DNA of 64,000 nt. Source: Paragordius varius (Eukaryota; Animalia; Nematomorpha). Positions 23,995 through 37,900 of this stretch are shown in pieces (position 1 is the first letter of the stretch; every line of letters begins with the position of its first letter). Location of the stretch: the NCBI GenBank assembly GCA_964247055.1, contig OZ176055.1, forward strand, positions 682,001 through 746,000, given 5' to 3'. The notes under the pieces were generated by a model that was given only the letters and a program-made list of their open reading frames with translations, did not search any database and was not told the DNA's origin. The position numbers and the translations under genes were made by a program.

Positions 23995-26791
23995 TATAAA
24001 GAGACATTCAAATAATATAAGTAGAGGGGTAGATTAAAAAAATGTCATTTCCGAAACGTTTAAATTCCTTTATTTCACCGTACAAATGTTGATAAGGTCA
24101 AATGTTAAAGACAAGGACGGTCTTTGAAATTATACAGAGAGAAAACGTGAAAATATATAAGAATATTTTTTCCAAAAGGGTGTTCTAAAATTAAAAAGAA
24201 AATCTTGATTTTTGAATTGATAACACAGTTAATAATATACATTATACAAAACTTAAATTAATTAATTAATTAATTTACATCGGTAAAAAAAATATAGTAA
24301 AAGTACAGTCTTTTGCAATAAAAATTATCTTAATATTTTTATGATTTGTCGATATAATTTTAATTTTAACTCTGTATATATTATATTTATAATTATGATT
24401 TAATCGTCTACAGTGCAGACCCCTAAAAATCGAGCATTTTTTAAATTTTCGGTTCATTGTGATAAATCAATTAAAAAAATTTCTATCGAGGTATAATATA
24501 ACGAATGAAATGTCATTATAAAGCATAATCCTTAATATAAACCAACCTAGTTTATAAGCACTAATATTAATAAGGCGGAATAAAAATTTTCCATCTTAAT
24601 GACTTTTTAAACTTTCACTTTTTCAAAAAAGGTTTAAATTGTACGGTCAAAACGTAAAAACAAAATTAAAAAGATACCCATACTTTTTTAAACTCTAGTT
24701 TTTGCAATATAAATTATGCAATTGCAATTATAAAATATCTATTTAATTGTGTTACCAAATTCAAACTTTGCAATTTTAACAAAGATTGATGCTATCAAAA
24801 AGAAAATCAAGATTTAAAAGTGTGTTTGTCTTTTGCAAAAAAAATTTTTTGTTCGTATAAAATTTCAAACTTTTACGGCATATATTAAAAAAAAGTAAAT
24901 GATTGAACTGATTGACTCACATAGCTAAAAACTGTTGTATTGTGCTTCCTTTAGTAATTTTTGTGGTCCGCCTATGTCCCGACCCGTCCCAATAACTGAA
25001 AACAATGTCAACCTCTTCGTTTTTAATGCGTTCTTGTCGTTCAACCCATTCTTGCCTTAACTGTTCTCTAATAATATTTAAGTTTGTGTAAAACAAACGC
25101 AATAATAATAATGATTAATATTTCACAATCTCAACTAAAAATTTTGGATATAGAGTTAATCTTATAAATTTTACGAGAACTTAAATTATTATTTTTAAAA
25201 CTAAAATATTCGTTCTCGTTGACAATATTGAAAGTTAGAGTTTATATGTTTTTTTCGTTGGAAAATGCAAGAGTGCTCATAAATTAATCAAATCATGCGC
25301 TGATATTATTATGCCCTTATTTATTCATTTTTAATTAAAACTCTAATAATTTTGTTTTAAATTTTAAGTTTGAAAACACAGTAGTTTCTGCCCAAAACTT
25401 ATTATGTTTCAGGCATAATCAGACTTTTTTAAAAAGTCAATAATATTAAATTTATTTTTATTAGCATCTTTGTAATATATCAGTAGAATATCAATAAACT
25501 AGACTATATAACAAAATATATGGAAAATTTACAATGATGTGTACCATCATAAATTACAACTCATATTATAAATAAAATCCATTTACAATTCAAATTAACC
25601 CTCAAACAATTTTAATTCAGCCTTGAACAATTCAAATTTACCCTAAAAAAAATTGGTATTTTCGAACTGATATAACTCATTATTAATAAAAAATTTATCT
25701 TTATGGCATAGTTTATTATTTTGTCAGTTTTATTTTAACATAAAACAAAATTTTATTTTTAAAAATATATAGACGATTTTTAATATAAAAAAACATATAA
25801 TTAATTTAAGGGTGAATTTAATTGTTCGAGGATGAATTTAAAAATGATAAAAAAAATTATACGAAAAAAAGGTGTAAAAAAATTTAAGAATGGAAGAAAC
25901 GCAAAGATTGCTGAGAAAACATATTTTTTCATTTTTTTTAGTTTTTGAACATAAAATTAATCATTATAATAAACAATGTAAAAAATTAAGTTATTCGAAC
26001 AGTAAGTACATAACAATACGAACCTCGTTTAAAATGTTACATAACTAAAAGCTTGCAAGATGCGCATAATACAATTTAAAAACACATTAAAGCACAAAAA
26101 TTAAAATAAAAATAAGTTAACTTGATTCCATATAGAAAGATTATGAAATATTTAGAATATATAATATCAAATACCTAAGTCTTTTTTCTTCCTCTTCGCG
26201 TTCTTTATCAGGTAAAAAGCTGGTGTTTATGGTGGGATCCTTTCCAAACTTTCGTTTGGCAGTGGTTGTCATATTATTTTCCGATTTTAAATTATTTGGT
26301 TCCAGCATATTGTCAGTTTTCTCAATATTTTCATCGATTTGGTCATCTGATTTTTCCTCATCATCATCTTGAAATGCAAATGAAAGAGAAGATTTTTGCT
26401 AAATAAATCATGTAACATACTTTGTTAAGACGTTCGGCTTTTTTTCGTTCCTTTTCACGAATCTTATTCTCCTCTTCTAACTGAGCTTGAGCCAATAGTT
26501 TTTCACGCTCTTTGAGAATACTTTCTTGCGTACTTTTCATTTGGTCTAACGTAACTAATCCAATGGTACTCGACTAAAGAATAATTTTTATAATAATTTT
26601 ATAATTCATACCCGTAACTCCTGTTCAATGGCATCATAGTGTGAAGCAAATTTTTTGTCAATTCGCCCTATTTGTAATTCTTTTTCAATTTTTGTTTTTC
26701 TAATTTCCAACTCTTCAGCCATTTTCAGACGTTTCTTAGCCAATTGCAAGGCTCTGGTAGCCTCAAATACAGGTCCTTTAAATTCAGTCAT
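22646..26791 (-). CDS. FAM50: FAM50 / XAP5 family nuclear splicing-associated protein, 6 exons
   Basis: Exons (minus) 26791-26612, 26573-26421, 26398-26175, 25067-24921, 23928-23737, 22847-22646. Motifs: [93 protein letters not shown]. Confidence 0.95.
22875..23292. mobile_element. TACCATTT-ended element carrying a ~20-bp minisatellite (AAAAATGTTGCGTTTG(C/G)(T/G)TG)n
   Basis: TA|TACCATTTT...AAAATGGTA|TA; one inverted unit on the left, many tandem units on the right; FAM50 last intron. Confidence 0.8.
23935..23995. repeat. (TA)n microsatellite adjacent to a FAM50 acceptor
   Basis: Direct inspection; other (TA)n tracts at ~20310, 28826, 35474, 35681, 42050, 56100 and 59700. Confidence 0.9.
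25578..25845. mobile_element. Degenerate MITE family A
   Basis: CCATTTACAATTCAAATTAACCC start and family core; right end decayed. Confidence 0.6.
26399..26420 (-). other. 22-nt micro-intron (FAM50 intron 2)
   Basis: GTATGTTACATGATTTATTTAG; retention frameshifts to a stop, removal gives RLNK-QKSSLSF. Confidence 0.9.
26574..26611 (-). other. 38-nt short intron (FAM50 coding intron 1)
   Basis: GTATGA...CTTTAG; joins EQELR to SSTIGLVTL. Confidence 0.9.
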
Positions 26792-27082
26792 ATCGACTAA
26801 TAAAATGAATGAATTACTAACATACGTATATAAATAAGTCTCAAACCGTTAATATATTATTACCACCTATATACTTTTCTACAATGAAGACAATGTTAAC
26901 GCTTTATAAACTTTTTTATGATATATATTAAGGATTTGCTTAATTTAAATTTTATTATGTTTGAAAAATTCGCTTAATAATAATCTAAATTTTAAGCATC
27001 AAAAAAATTATTTTAAATTTAGATGGATTTTTATTGCTGCTATTGGCAGGTAACAATTAAAAACAAGAGACAATATTTTCTT

Positions 27083-27605
27083 TAATTTAAGTATTATATC
27101 TATATTTGGTTACCCAAATACCCTAGACTATATTAAGTTGACATTTTAAAAATAACTAAAAGAAACGGATTTAATTTATATTTATGCTTCTTTTCTCATA
27201 ACAACCTTATAAATATGCTAAAAATCTAAATAAAATTTGTTGTAAAAAAGTTCGATATCTCCTTCGATCATTTTTATTCTCCAATATTTTTGCAAAATAT
27301 CGTGTTTACAGATAAAAAAGTTAATTGTTTATTACATTAAAAGAAACACAAGAAATTGTTTATTTTGTATTATAATTTAGCTAATGCACATATATTCCCA
27401 AATTACCTTTGGCTTTTACAAAATAAGTAATATCAAATTTATGAATCATTTTTTATATTTCGGTTCATCAATGTTATATAAGTGCGAACTTTTGCCATGA
27501 TTTCGATTCCTTCCATTTTTTTCAAGCATTTAATTTACAACAGGCCTGGGATATTTAACGACCCTTATCAAAGGACTAAAAGAATGTATTATATCCAAGT
27601 TTTAA
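27083..27605. mobile_element. Degenerate MITE family B
   Basis: Colinear diverged core (GCCATGATTTCGATTCCTTCC, AAGGACTAAA..ATCCAAGT). Confidence 0.65.
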
Positions 27606-28468
27606 GTTCGAATGACCCAATGCTTGTTAAAAACTGAATATTTAAAATATTGTAGGTATTCGAACCATTTGAAAAGATTCGACTTATAATATTGATAAAT
27701 ATAAAAAAAATTCATCCACACAGTATGCTAATCAGTGGTATAAAGATACATCCTAAAAAATTTATCAATTTTATCTAAAGAAAGTATGGATCATCATGGT
27801 GGTTATAGTTTTGTTCTTACGATGGTTTATGCCCGTTCTTTGTTGTTTGATGATGACTGCTAGCTGTCGAAAATCGCAAATTAGTACACATTACATAGTG
27901 GACACAAAAATTGACGAAATGTGTATTTTCCAATAGATGCCTAGCCTTCTCATGGTGCGGGTTTTGAGGCCAGTTAGTAATGGATTAATTATTGGGTATC
28001 GTTAAATAGCAAAATTTGCGCATATCTGCCAAAATTTGGGGGTAAAACTGCTGAAATATATATTCTGATAAAAACTTCATCAGTATTATTAAAGTGCTTT
28101 TGTTTTGGCTCCTACGAAGGCAAAAATGATATTTACAATTTTGTCATTGTCCCATATCAGATAATGGTAAACGCACATTTTTGATTAAATTTTGATGGCG
28201 AAATGCTTCACTCCAAAAAATATCACTATACATACAAAAGCAAAACATATTTTATATAAAATATTTTGGAAATGTAGGCCTTGAAAGTGTCAAATTTTAA
28301 AACCCACTATTACTAAATAAACTATCCCATCAATAATATCAATGATAATTTTTAGAATAAAGCATTTAACCTGCATCAAACGAATTATATTTGCACAAAT
28401 GTGCGCATATCTGATATAAAATTATCACAAAAATAATAGAATATTCCATTTATTTGTAAAGATATATA

Positions 28469-28655
28469 CAGTAGCGTATGGCATAAAACAATATTAGTCC
28501 ATAAAAGAATAAAAAAATTCTTAAAAAACAAGGGGATAATATAAATATGTGTTTTTACAACTAGGCTTGTTTATAAAAAAACATTATTCATTCTTTTATA
28601 GACTAATACCAAATGTTATTAACATATTTTTATCATTTTATGCCATACGCTACCG
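28469..28655. mobile_element. MITE family D
   Basis: TA|CAGTAGCGTATGGCATAAAA / TTTTATGCCATACGCTACCG|TA. Confidence 0.8.
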
Positions 28656-28824
28656 TATATTTGATAAGGATTTTGTGCAGTGTAAAAACTATTCCTGGAT
28701 CTATTGCGCATAAATTTTAACATATAGGGTAGCTTTTATTCAATCTATGTATTATTAAATTAAAATTATTGAGATGATTCATACAAATTCGTAAGGACAC
28801 AAATTAAAAGCTTAAAAAACTAGA

Positions 28825-28862
<38 letters not shown>

Positions 28863-28907
28863 GCTAAATAATAAATTTTAATGCATAAATAGATGGTAAC
28901 GTTTTCC

Positions 28908-31900
28908 TCAGGATGACTTGCCAATATGATTTTCGATATTACCGATTAGCGAAACGAGTAACTAAAATATTAATAAAAAAATATCTTTAAATTTAAAAAA
29001 GAATATCAAATCGTAAATTTATATAATAATAACGTATGTATAAAATAAAACCTGTCTTATTTTAGGGTGGCGAACTATATTGGTAATACGAGTATTTTGT
29101 TGCAAAAACTGTTGGAAATACTGTAAGTGTTGTTGAGGCACATCAAACTATATAAATTATTTAATTAATTTAAATTAATATTTTATTGGAATCGCAAGAT
29201 AAAATATAAAGAGTAAACCATTTTAGATATATACAATAATAATTATCTAAATCATACCAATGATATATCATAATTTTAGTGTAAATTTTATAAAAATTTC
29301 AAAATCGGTTATTTTCACTCTTTATCAGTATATTACCTATTGACATATTTTTAGGTATTTTTTAATCCCCAGGTATAAGCTTTTTTTAGAATATAATATT
29401 ATAAGTAATTTTTGCTATTAAAATTTTTAAAACAAACATATCATTTCGCTATTGTTCAAACCACAATGCGGTAACTTGTCTGATATAATATATTAATAAG
29501 AAGAATTTAAAAATTAATTGCTCCCATATTATAAAATGTATTTCAAAGTAATTAAATTATACCATTTACAATTGAAATTACCATTGAACAATTCAAATTC
29601 ACCCAAAAATAAATTGTGTTTTCGGCCTAATATAATTCATTATTAATAATATATTTTGACACACATAGTTTATTATTATTTAGCCTTATATTAATTTTAT
29701 ACATAATTTTCTATTTTAAAAATATATAAAATAAAGGTAATTTTTAATTTTAAAAAAAACACATAATTTATTTTAGGGTAAATTTGAACTAAATGGTATA
29801 TTATTATATTATTATATAGAAAGATTGATATGTGAGTAGTTAATAAAACAAGTTACAGGTTGAAAGTTTTAGAGGAAAATCTTTTATAAATATTTTTTTG
29901 GAAAAACAATGCGCCTAAAAACCATAGAATGCGTATTTTTTAAAATTTTGTTCAATAACATCGGTATAATAATAAGAAAATCAAAATTATATATTATTAA
30001 CAGAAAAGATAATAATTAAAATATTAAAAACTACAGTAAAAATTGATTACATTTATTCAGAAGACAAAACGTAAAAATATAAAGATTAATATATTTTTAC
30101 TAAAAGACAACCAACCATACTTTTTACATCGTAATTTTTCATATATAAAATTTTTAATTACCATTGCACTGTAAAATATATGATTGATTGTGTTACCAAA
30201 ATACATTTCCATTTAATAAGCGCAAATTTAAACAATCCTTTTGAATTTAATAAATCAACATTAATAGAAAGTGAAGTTTTCTTTTAAATATATTATTACG
30301 TTTTGTCCCCGTATCAATTTTTACTGTAATGAATTATAAAAATAGCTTACCGATATACATATATGGGTAAGATATGTGAGATATAAGCCATAAACTGTGC
30401 TAAACATTGGTTCATCCGCATATTCCTGTAAACGGAATCGACTACTATTAATAAAAAGAATAAAAAAATTATTAAAATAAAAATTAAAATGCGATTTTAT
30501 CCAATCATTTTTTTGCAAATTAATATCAAAACTACTGTAAATTAACAAATAAATATTAGACAATATATTTTTATTAATAGCAAAAGTATTAAATTACAAA
30601 TAAAATAAATAAAAAAAATAAAGTTAATATTAAAATAACATTCAAAATTCGAATTTTTTCCACTATTTTTCTCTAACTAACCAATAGTAAAAAAACCGTA
30701 GTGAATTTTATATTAATTAATTGAAATCAAGTTAAAATTAATATAATCCGTAAAAAATACATTTTTTTTACATAAAAACTAAATCTCTACTGTAATTATT
30801 AATACAGTTAAAGTTGAAATTATACGGACCAATCGTAAAAATATAAAGACAAATATTTTTTTAAAAGATAACCATACTTTTTTAAACCTTAATTTTTCTC
30901 ATATAAATGATATAACTACATTTTTAAAATATACAAATGATTGATTTACTGATCTACATATCGTTTTTATACTTTGCAATTTATAACCATTAGTTATATT
31001 TAAAAAAATCAGGGTTAAATATGATTGTCTTTTAGAAAAAAATATTTGTCTTTATATTTTTAAGTTTTGTCCTTTTAATTTCAGTTTTTATTGCATGTCA
31101 CTAAAAATTTACCACAATTATCCGTAAAAAATTCATTTTTTTATATTCAAAACCCAAAAACTCTACTGTAATTTTTGTAAAATCTCATTTTTAGAAATAA
31201 AAATTTATACATATGTGGTTGTTGAGCCAATAAAATATGGTCATGATATGTATAGAGCAAAGGTTTTAACAATTGTTCAAGCGCTCTGGCCTTTATAAAA
31301 CCACAGACTTCAGCGTCAATGATTGATGTATTATACATGAGTTTCAGCATTCTCCCATAGAATATAAGATGGGTGAATGTAAATTGCGTTATCAAATCTG
31401 AATGCCACCCTTTTGATATTTTGGCAATTTTCATGGGGGTTGATTTTATAGTATTATTCTTATTATGGTTTTCATTATCAGGATTTGAAATAATTATGTG
31501 ATTATCTAAATTTTTTAAATTGCTTTCTGTGCATGATGTGCCAACAAGAGTTGAAGGAAAAGATTGAAGCCTAAAATTGGTGGTTAAAGGATCCCAAACA
31601 GCATACCAAGTAGGGAGACAAGTACCTAAAAAATTACAGTAAAATATAAATACAGAAAAAACTTCGATATTAAAAAATGTAAAATCTAAAAGGCAGGTAT
31701 TATTTTAGATTAAAAGATAACTATACTTTTTGTAGGCCTTGATTTATCCATCATATACACTATTAAATTACAATCTTAATTTATATAATTGAGTGTTATT
31801 TATAATAATTTACAGCTTTATTCCTTATGCTGCACCGCAAAACAAGGAATTATAAAATCAAATACATTTTTCAAATTCAATATTCAGTATAATCTTTTTA

Positions 31901-34900
31901 AAGATCTCTTATGTTTAAAATATTCTATTTTTCATGAATATTTTAATATAACCAAAATGAATGGGCTACTAAACAACTCTATTCATTACAAGTTTACATA
32001 AATATAAAATAAAGGAAAAAAATTAGGATTCAAATTAAAAAGATTAGTATTTTTTGCTTTTATAATTATATAACCTTTACCATATTGTGAGGGTGAAAAA
32101 CTGTATAAAATAAAAATAACTTGTATAGGGCATTAAAGCTGTCAAACCATCCTCAATACAATCCAGAATTATGCCTTTAACGCATAACGATTCGTAATAC
32201 AAGAATGGTGCCAAAATTTGTAATATCTAATCGAAATGATAGATCAATTAAATTAAAATAATTGAAAACTAATGGATTAATTTAAAAATAATAATAGAAG
32301 CTAATTTTACCAAAATTATATATTTTTAACATGTAAATAAGATTTAACAAATTTTTATTAACTATATGATAAAATCAATTAAATTCAAATTTTTAATACA
32401 GATGGATGAAATTGAGTGAAGTTAACTCTTAGCGTTTTAAAACTTAATTTTTTAGAAAAAACGTAACTAAGCTGGATTTAAAATCAATTTCTGTTATTAA
32501 TCATCTATATACAGATAATATATTATAGCTAATTTAATCTTAAAAATATGATAAAAATCAAATACAACATTTTTTTAGTAACGGTCAAAAAAAACGTAAA
32601 ATAAATTTTTTAGCGTTTAAAACTTCAATTTTATAACCGTGTCGATCGTAAAAAATTCTTATTCCAAAAAAAATGTTTTTAAGCGAAAAAAAATTTATAA
32701 ATTAAACAATGTTTTCTTTTTAACATTTAGACTTACTTTTCGTGTTACTGATACGTAGAGAGGCATATCTTTTTCCTGTTTAATATTAGATGCGTCTTTA
32801 TAAGCATTACAAGTAGTTTTTTCCGTTGTTAAAATTTTTTGGATTGCTGCTTGAGTAGTCTAAAAGTAAATTATTTAATACCATTTACTATTCAAATTTT
32901 ACCCTAAAAATAAATTATGTGTTTTGGGATAATATAACTCATCATCATTCTTATGAAATATATTTTGCGACATAGTTTATTATTTTTTTTCAGCATTTTA
33001 ATATTTTAAACAAAATTTTATATTTAAAAATATAAAAAAATAAAAGTAATTTTTAATGTGGAATAACACAAAATTTAAGGTGAATTATAATTTTTCGTTG
33101 AGGGTGAATATTAATTGATTAAGGGTGAATATACTGTAAATGTTATATATAAAAATGAAATTAAGAGAATAAAATACTAACATATCATTTTATGAAGAAA
33201 ACATTATTTCTTGATCATAAATTTTTATATATATATATAATTAGGTGTGTTATTAATTTACATGTCATCATATTTCACAACTCAAATAAGTTACATACTA
33301 AAAAAAATTTGTCTTTACAAAAAAATTAAAATAAGCTTTAATATTAATATTCTTTTGCTATATACCATTTACTATTCATTACACTTGAACAATTCACCCT
33401 CGAATTATTCGAATTTAACCCAAAAATAAATTGTGTTATCGGGCACTCATTAACATGGAAGTAAAACTATATGACATACCTTACTATTTTTCAATATTAT
33501 TTTAATTTTAGACAACATTTCATTTTATAAATAAATTTTAATCTTAAAAAACATAATATAATTTATGAATTTGAATTGTTCAACGGTGAATTTTAGATGT
33601 AAATGATATATTATCAAACTTTGCTTTAATTAAAGTATATACTTCATTTTTAGATGATCCATTTAAGTTTTGGCTATGATTAACATCAATCGTATTGGTA
33701 AACTGCATCGCACTTTCTAGCAAACTCTTAAATTTCTCATAAATTCCAGGAAACTGATGAAAAGTGTAAAGTTTAACGTATGCCATGTAAGCCCGATAAA
33801 TGTGTAAAATTCCTATGAGATTTTGAAGATTTGATTCTTTCAGGGTATTGTAAGACCATTTTTTAAGGGCAGACTCTAACGTTACTAGTAAAAGTGGACG
33901 AATAGATATAGTTAAGGCATCATTCATATTGATATTTTGTGAACAATATCGTATAAAACTAATCAATGTCATTTGAGCTGAGACAAATCTTTCAGGTAAA
34001 AGTTTAGATTGTTCCTCCTTGATCCAATTGGTAGTAGCATTTTTTTCATCATTGCAATAATAATTCGTTTGATAATGAGCTTGGGTGGTTTGGTTTTGTG
34101 ATAAAAAAGGTGAGCGTGAAACGCCGGCTTTTAACGTTGAAGGAAAAAATAGCAAAATGTTGGAATTTAACCAATCAGTTTCAATCCAATATTCAATATC
34201 AGCACTAATATCTTGTATAAAACTTTCCATATTCTGCGTGACAAGTTGACCAAGTGTTCTGTCCGTATTTTATATATCATAAAATGGCATTATTTTAAAT
34301 AAAACAAAAAAAAATTGATAGAATATAGTCAAACTTACCTCCTTAAGAAAAACAAGACATCGTAAAAAAATTGAAATATACATACCTTTGATTAAAAAAA
34401 GATTTTGTTAATTATAACTATTTTGGTGGGCACAAAGTGAATGAAAAAAAACATTTTTTTAAGAAAGAAACGGCTATTTTTATGCCAAAATACATCGTAT
34501 ACGTTTAAATTTTTAGATATTTTTGATATTGATAAACTTAAAATTTATTTTAAAAAATTAAAAATATAATTTTTTCATATGTTGATTTATAAAAAATACT
34601 TTGAGACATATTTACCCATAGTTTAGGTAAATATTAAATATCAGTTTTATTCTCGTGTATAGTTATAAATTTTAATCAATACACCAAAATTTAAACTAAA
34701 AGTATAGATTTAATTTTAAATTATAAAAAGAGTATTTTAAATGTTAATAGTTTACTTGATGGAAATGTTAAAAAAATTTTCATATTATAACTGATTTCAC
34801 CAAAATCACAAAAACCAAAAATAAAATAAAAAAGTACAAAAAAAAGGTTAGAAATTAAAATTTAAAAAAATCCAACTTACATTTTATTATCCCGATCGGT

Positions 34901-37900
34901 ATTAATGTTTGAACCACAAATGTTACATAACTGATCAATTATACCGTGTAAAAGTTTGCTCTCTTGAATTGAGGAATTACCATTATCAAGGTTATGTATA
35001 TTCCTTAGCAAGGGATATAAAATTTGGTTTAATAGCACTTTATGTATACTAACATCATGTTTTAAGCCTATCGATTGTAATGAAATAAGTTCCAACAGGT
35101 TAGATATACCCTGTAGTATGTAATTAACCCCAATGGCATTTTGTATGATTTCATGTTGGTTTTTATTTTGATTTTTTTGATGATCCGTATATGGATTAAA
35201 ATTGTTTATATCTCGGTGATTTTTTTGCCTTAAACCAGGAATTATAAGAGATGAGTATTTAGTATCCGTAAGTTTTAATGATTCAACATCTAAAATATGC
35301 GTCTTGTTACCGAATAAAGCTGGAGTTGGTAAATTTCGCGAGGCTTGAACTTCAAATTCTAACCTTGGAATTTCAAGTTTGGCCTTAGTACGTTTCCTAT
35401 TATAAAGTATGTTAAAACAACATAAAATGTATGTAGGATTCAGATTAAAAAAGCGTATTTAGTTTTAAAGTCATATATATATATATATATATACAAAAGG
35501 CATTTTAATGGTTGCTTATTTCACACTATAGTAGGGGGCAATTCGCAACACAGTAGTGTATGGAAAAAAAGAAAGGCAAAAAATTGTTTATTCAACATTT
35601 TTTTGTTTTTCCCATACACTACTGTAGTGTTGCAAATTGCCCCCTACTATAGTGTTAAGCAACCATTGAAATGCATACTGTATATATATATATATATATA
35701 TTACTGTTTTTTAAATATTTTTAGTTATATTAATAAAAATTAGAGAAAAATATTATTTTTATTTAAGTTTATGGGTTTTGGATCCATTTAAAAAAAAATT
35801 GTTTAATTACAGTAAAAACGTAATTATACGGACAAAACGTAAAATATAAAGACAAAAATGTTTTTTTTCAAAAGACAACCTACCATATTTTTAAAATATG
35901 TAATTGATTGTAAATACATCTCTATTTTATACTTTGGAATTCAAAACGATTTTAAAAGTATAGAATTGTCTTTCGGAAATATTTGTCTTTACATTTTTGC
36001 GTTTTGTCCGTATAATTCTATTTTTACTGTATTTTTCAGAAGTCATTTACCAAAAGCTTTATAGTCATTATGTGCTACTTTTCTCTAAAATTTAAAAAAG
36101 GTTTATATATAATTTGATAACAATTAAAAAAAATATTAGAAAAAAAGATATAAAAATTATATATTTTTTTAAAACCATTTGTAACCCGATTTTGATAAAA
36201 TTATTCCGAAAAAAACGGTTTCGGTTCCAATCGCTGATGATTACATATCTCATGTTAATAATATTGAATCTTTTAAGAATTTATCAAAAAAAGCAACTAA
36301 ATAAAAAATAAAATATACCTAATTTTAGTTTTTCCATCTATTGAATAAATTTTTTCCGTTTGTGGCAAAGATTGCGTCTGACTTTTTTCTGAAAAGTTAT
36401 TACAACTGGTTCGTTGATTATAGTTTTCAAGAAATTCCTCAGAACTTTTTTGGATGGTTGAATTCAAAAATGTTGCATTAACATCCAAATAAAATGGGAG
36501 TAAATTCCTACATATTAGGCCCAGATAGAAAATTATTAAGGTATATATCAAATTTGAAATTTTTTTAATGGTAATATAAATTAAATAATATAATATATTC
36601 TATAGATATTGAACAAAATTACTTAAAAATTGATAAAATTTAATTTAGACATCAACTTTGAAATGTAAAACTCAAATATTAGGAAAGCTTTGTTTGAAAA
36701 TCGAAAAAAATGCCAAATAATAATCATAATATCAGCATAAGCAATTCAGTGTATAAAGGTGCTATCTATATTTAAAATTAAAAAGTAAAAAAAATGTTAG
36801 TGGTTTAAAATAATATAAAATATTTAAGTATGAATGATTATATTATTACATTTTCTTAGGTTAAGAAAAAATTTTTTTAGCGTTTTAAAATAATATACCT
36901 AATAATATAAGTAATAAGTTGCTCATTGAGGGAACTATTTTCGTTTCTTTCAGACGTTTCCAATGATTTTTTATCTATGTGGCACACAAAAAATCAATCA
37001 TTATTTTGATCGATTGAAATATTTAAATATTTTAAATTACCTGTAAAAGTTACAGTTTTAATTATGCTATTAAATATAAATATATGGCTAATTGTTTCCA
37101 ATTTGGCATTAAATGATTTTTGGAGATTATTTTCGGATTGAATTTTGTTTTCAAGTATGTGGTCCATGATGAAGGAAACATTGCTACAAAAATCTGAAAT
37201 AAAAAAATAAAAAGTATATAAATTAAAAGCAGAAATTAAACGGTAAAAAATTTACATTATAAAGACCAGGCTTAAAAAACTTAAATAATAATATTTTTTT
37301 ATAAATACAACCATATTTTTTAAACCCCAAATGCTTACAATAATATAACTGAGTAAGCTATTACCAATTTACAAGTATCTTCCTTATTCCGTAACCTAAA
37401 ACAATGAGTTCATATTTGAAATTAAAAAACGGTGATTATAAAATATACAGCAAGAATTGAAATTATACGGACAAAACGTAAAAATATAAAGACAAATATA
37501 TTTAAAAAAGACAACCCCATACTCTTGAAATCTTGTTTGTTTGATATAATACTCATTGTTTCAAACTTTAAAGAAAAGATGTATATTGGTAACCTAATCA
37601 ATTATATATTTTACGATATGTATATAAATGATTTTAATAGGCTACATATAGGCTTTCAAAACTATGGTTGTCTTTTGGAAAAAAAAACATTTTTGTCCTT
37701 ATATTTTTACGTTTTGTCCGTATAATTTCATTTCTTTACTGTATTCCTATTTTAACACTTTGACCTTATCTTAATCTATATGAAAATTTCAATTCTTAAC
37801 AGTAATAAATTCTTACTATTAATCAACTTTTCAACCATGGATTGTACCGATTTTAAGGCTTGTTGTGTGAATATTAAGCTAATATTTTCAGTGAGTGGTA

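Noticed and set aside
32101-32120. Possible 20-nt GT-AG intron
   Set aside because: Using its GT as donor to the phase-1 acceptor at 31626 fits the phases; the 20-nt version leaves a phase mismatch.
37432-37725. ORF with EIIRTKRKNIK (same peptide at the tail of ORF 18168-18710)
   Set aside because: Translation of the MITE family C TIR.
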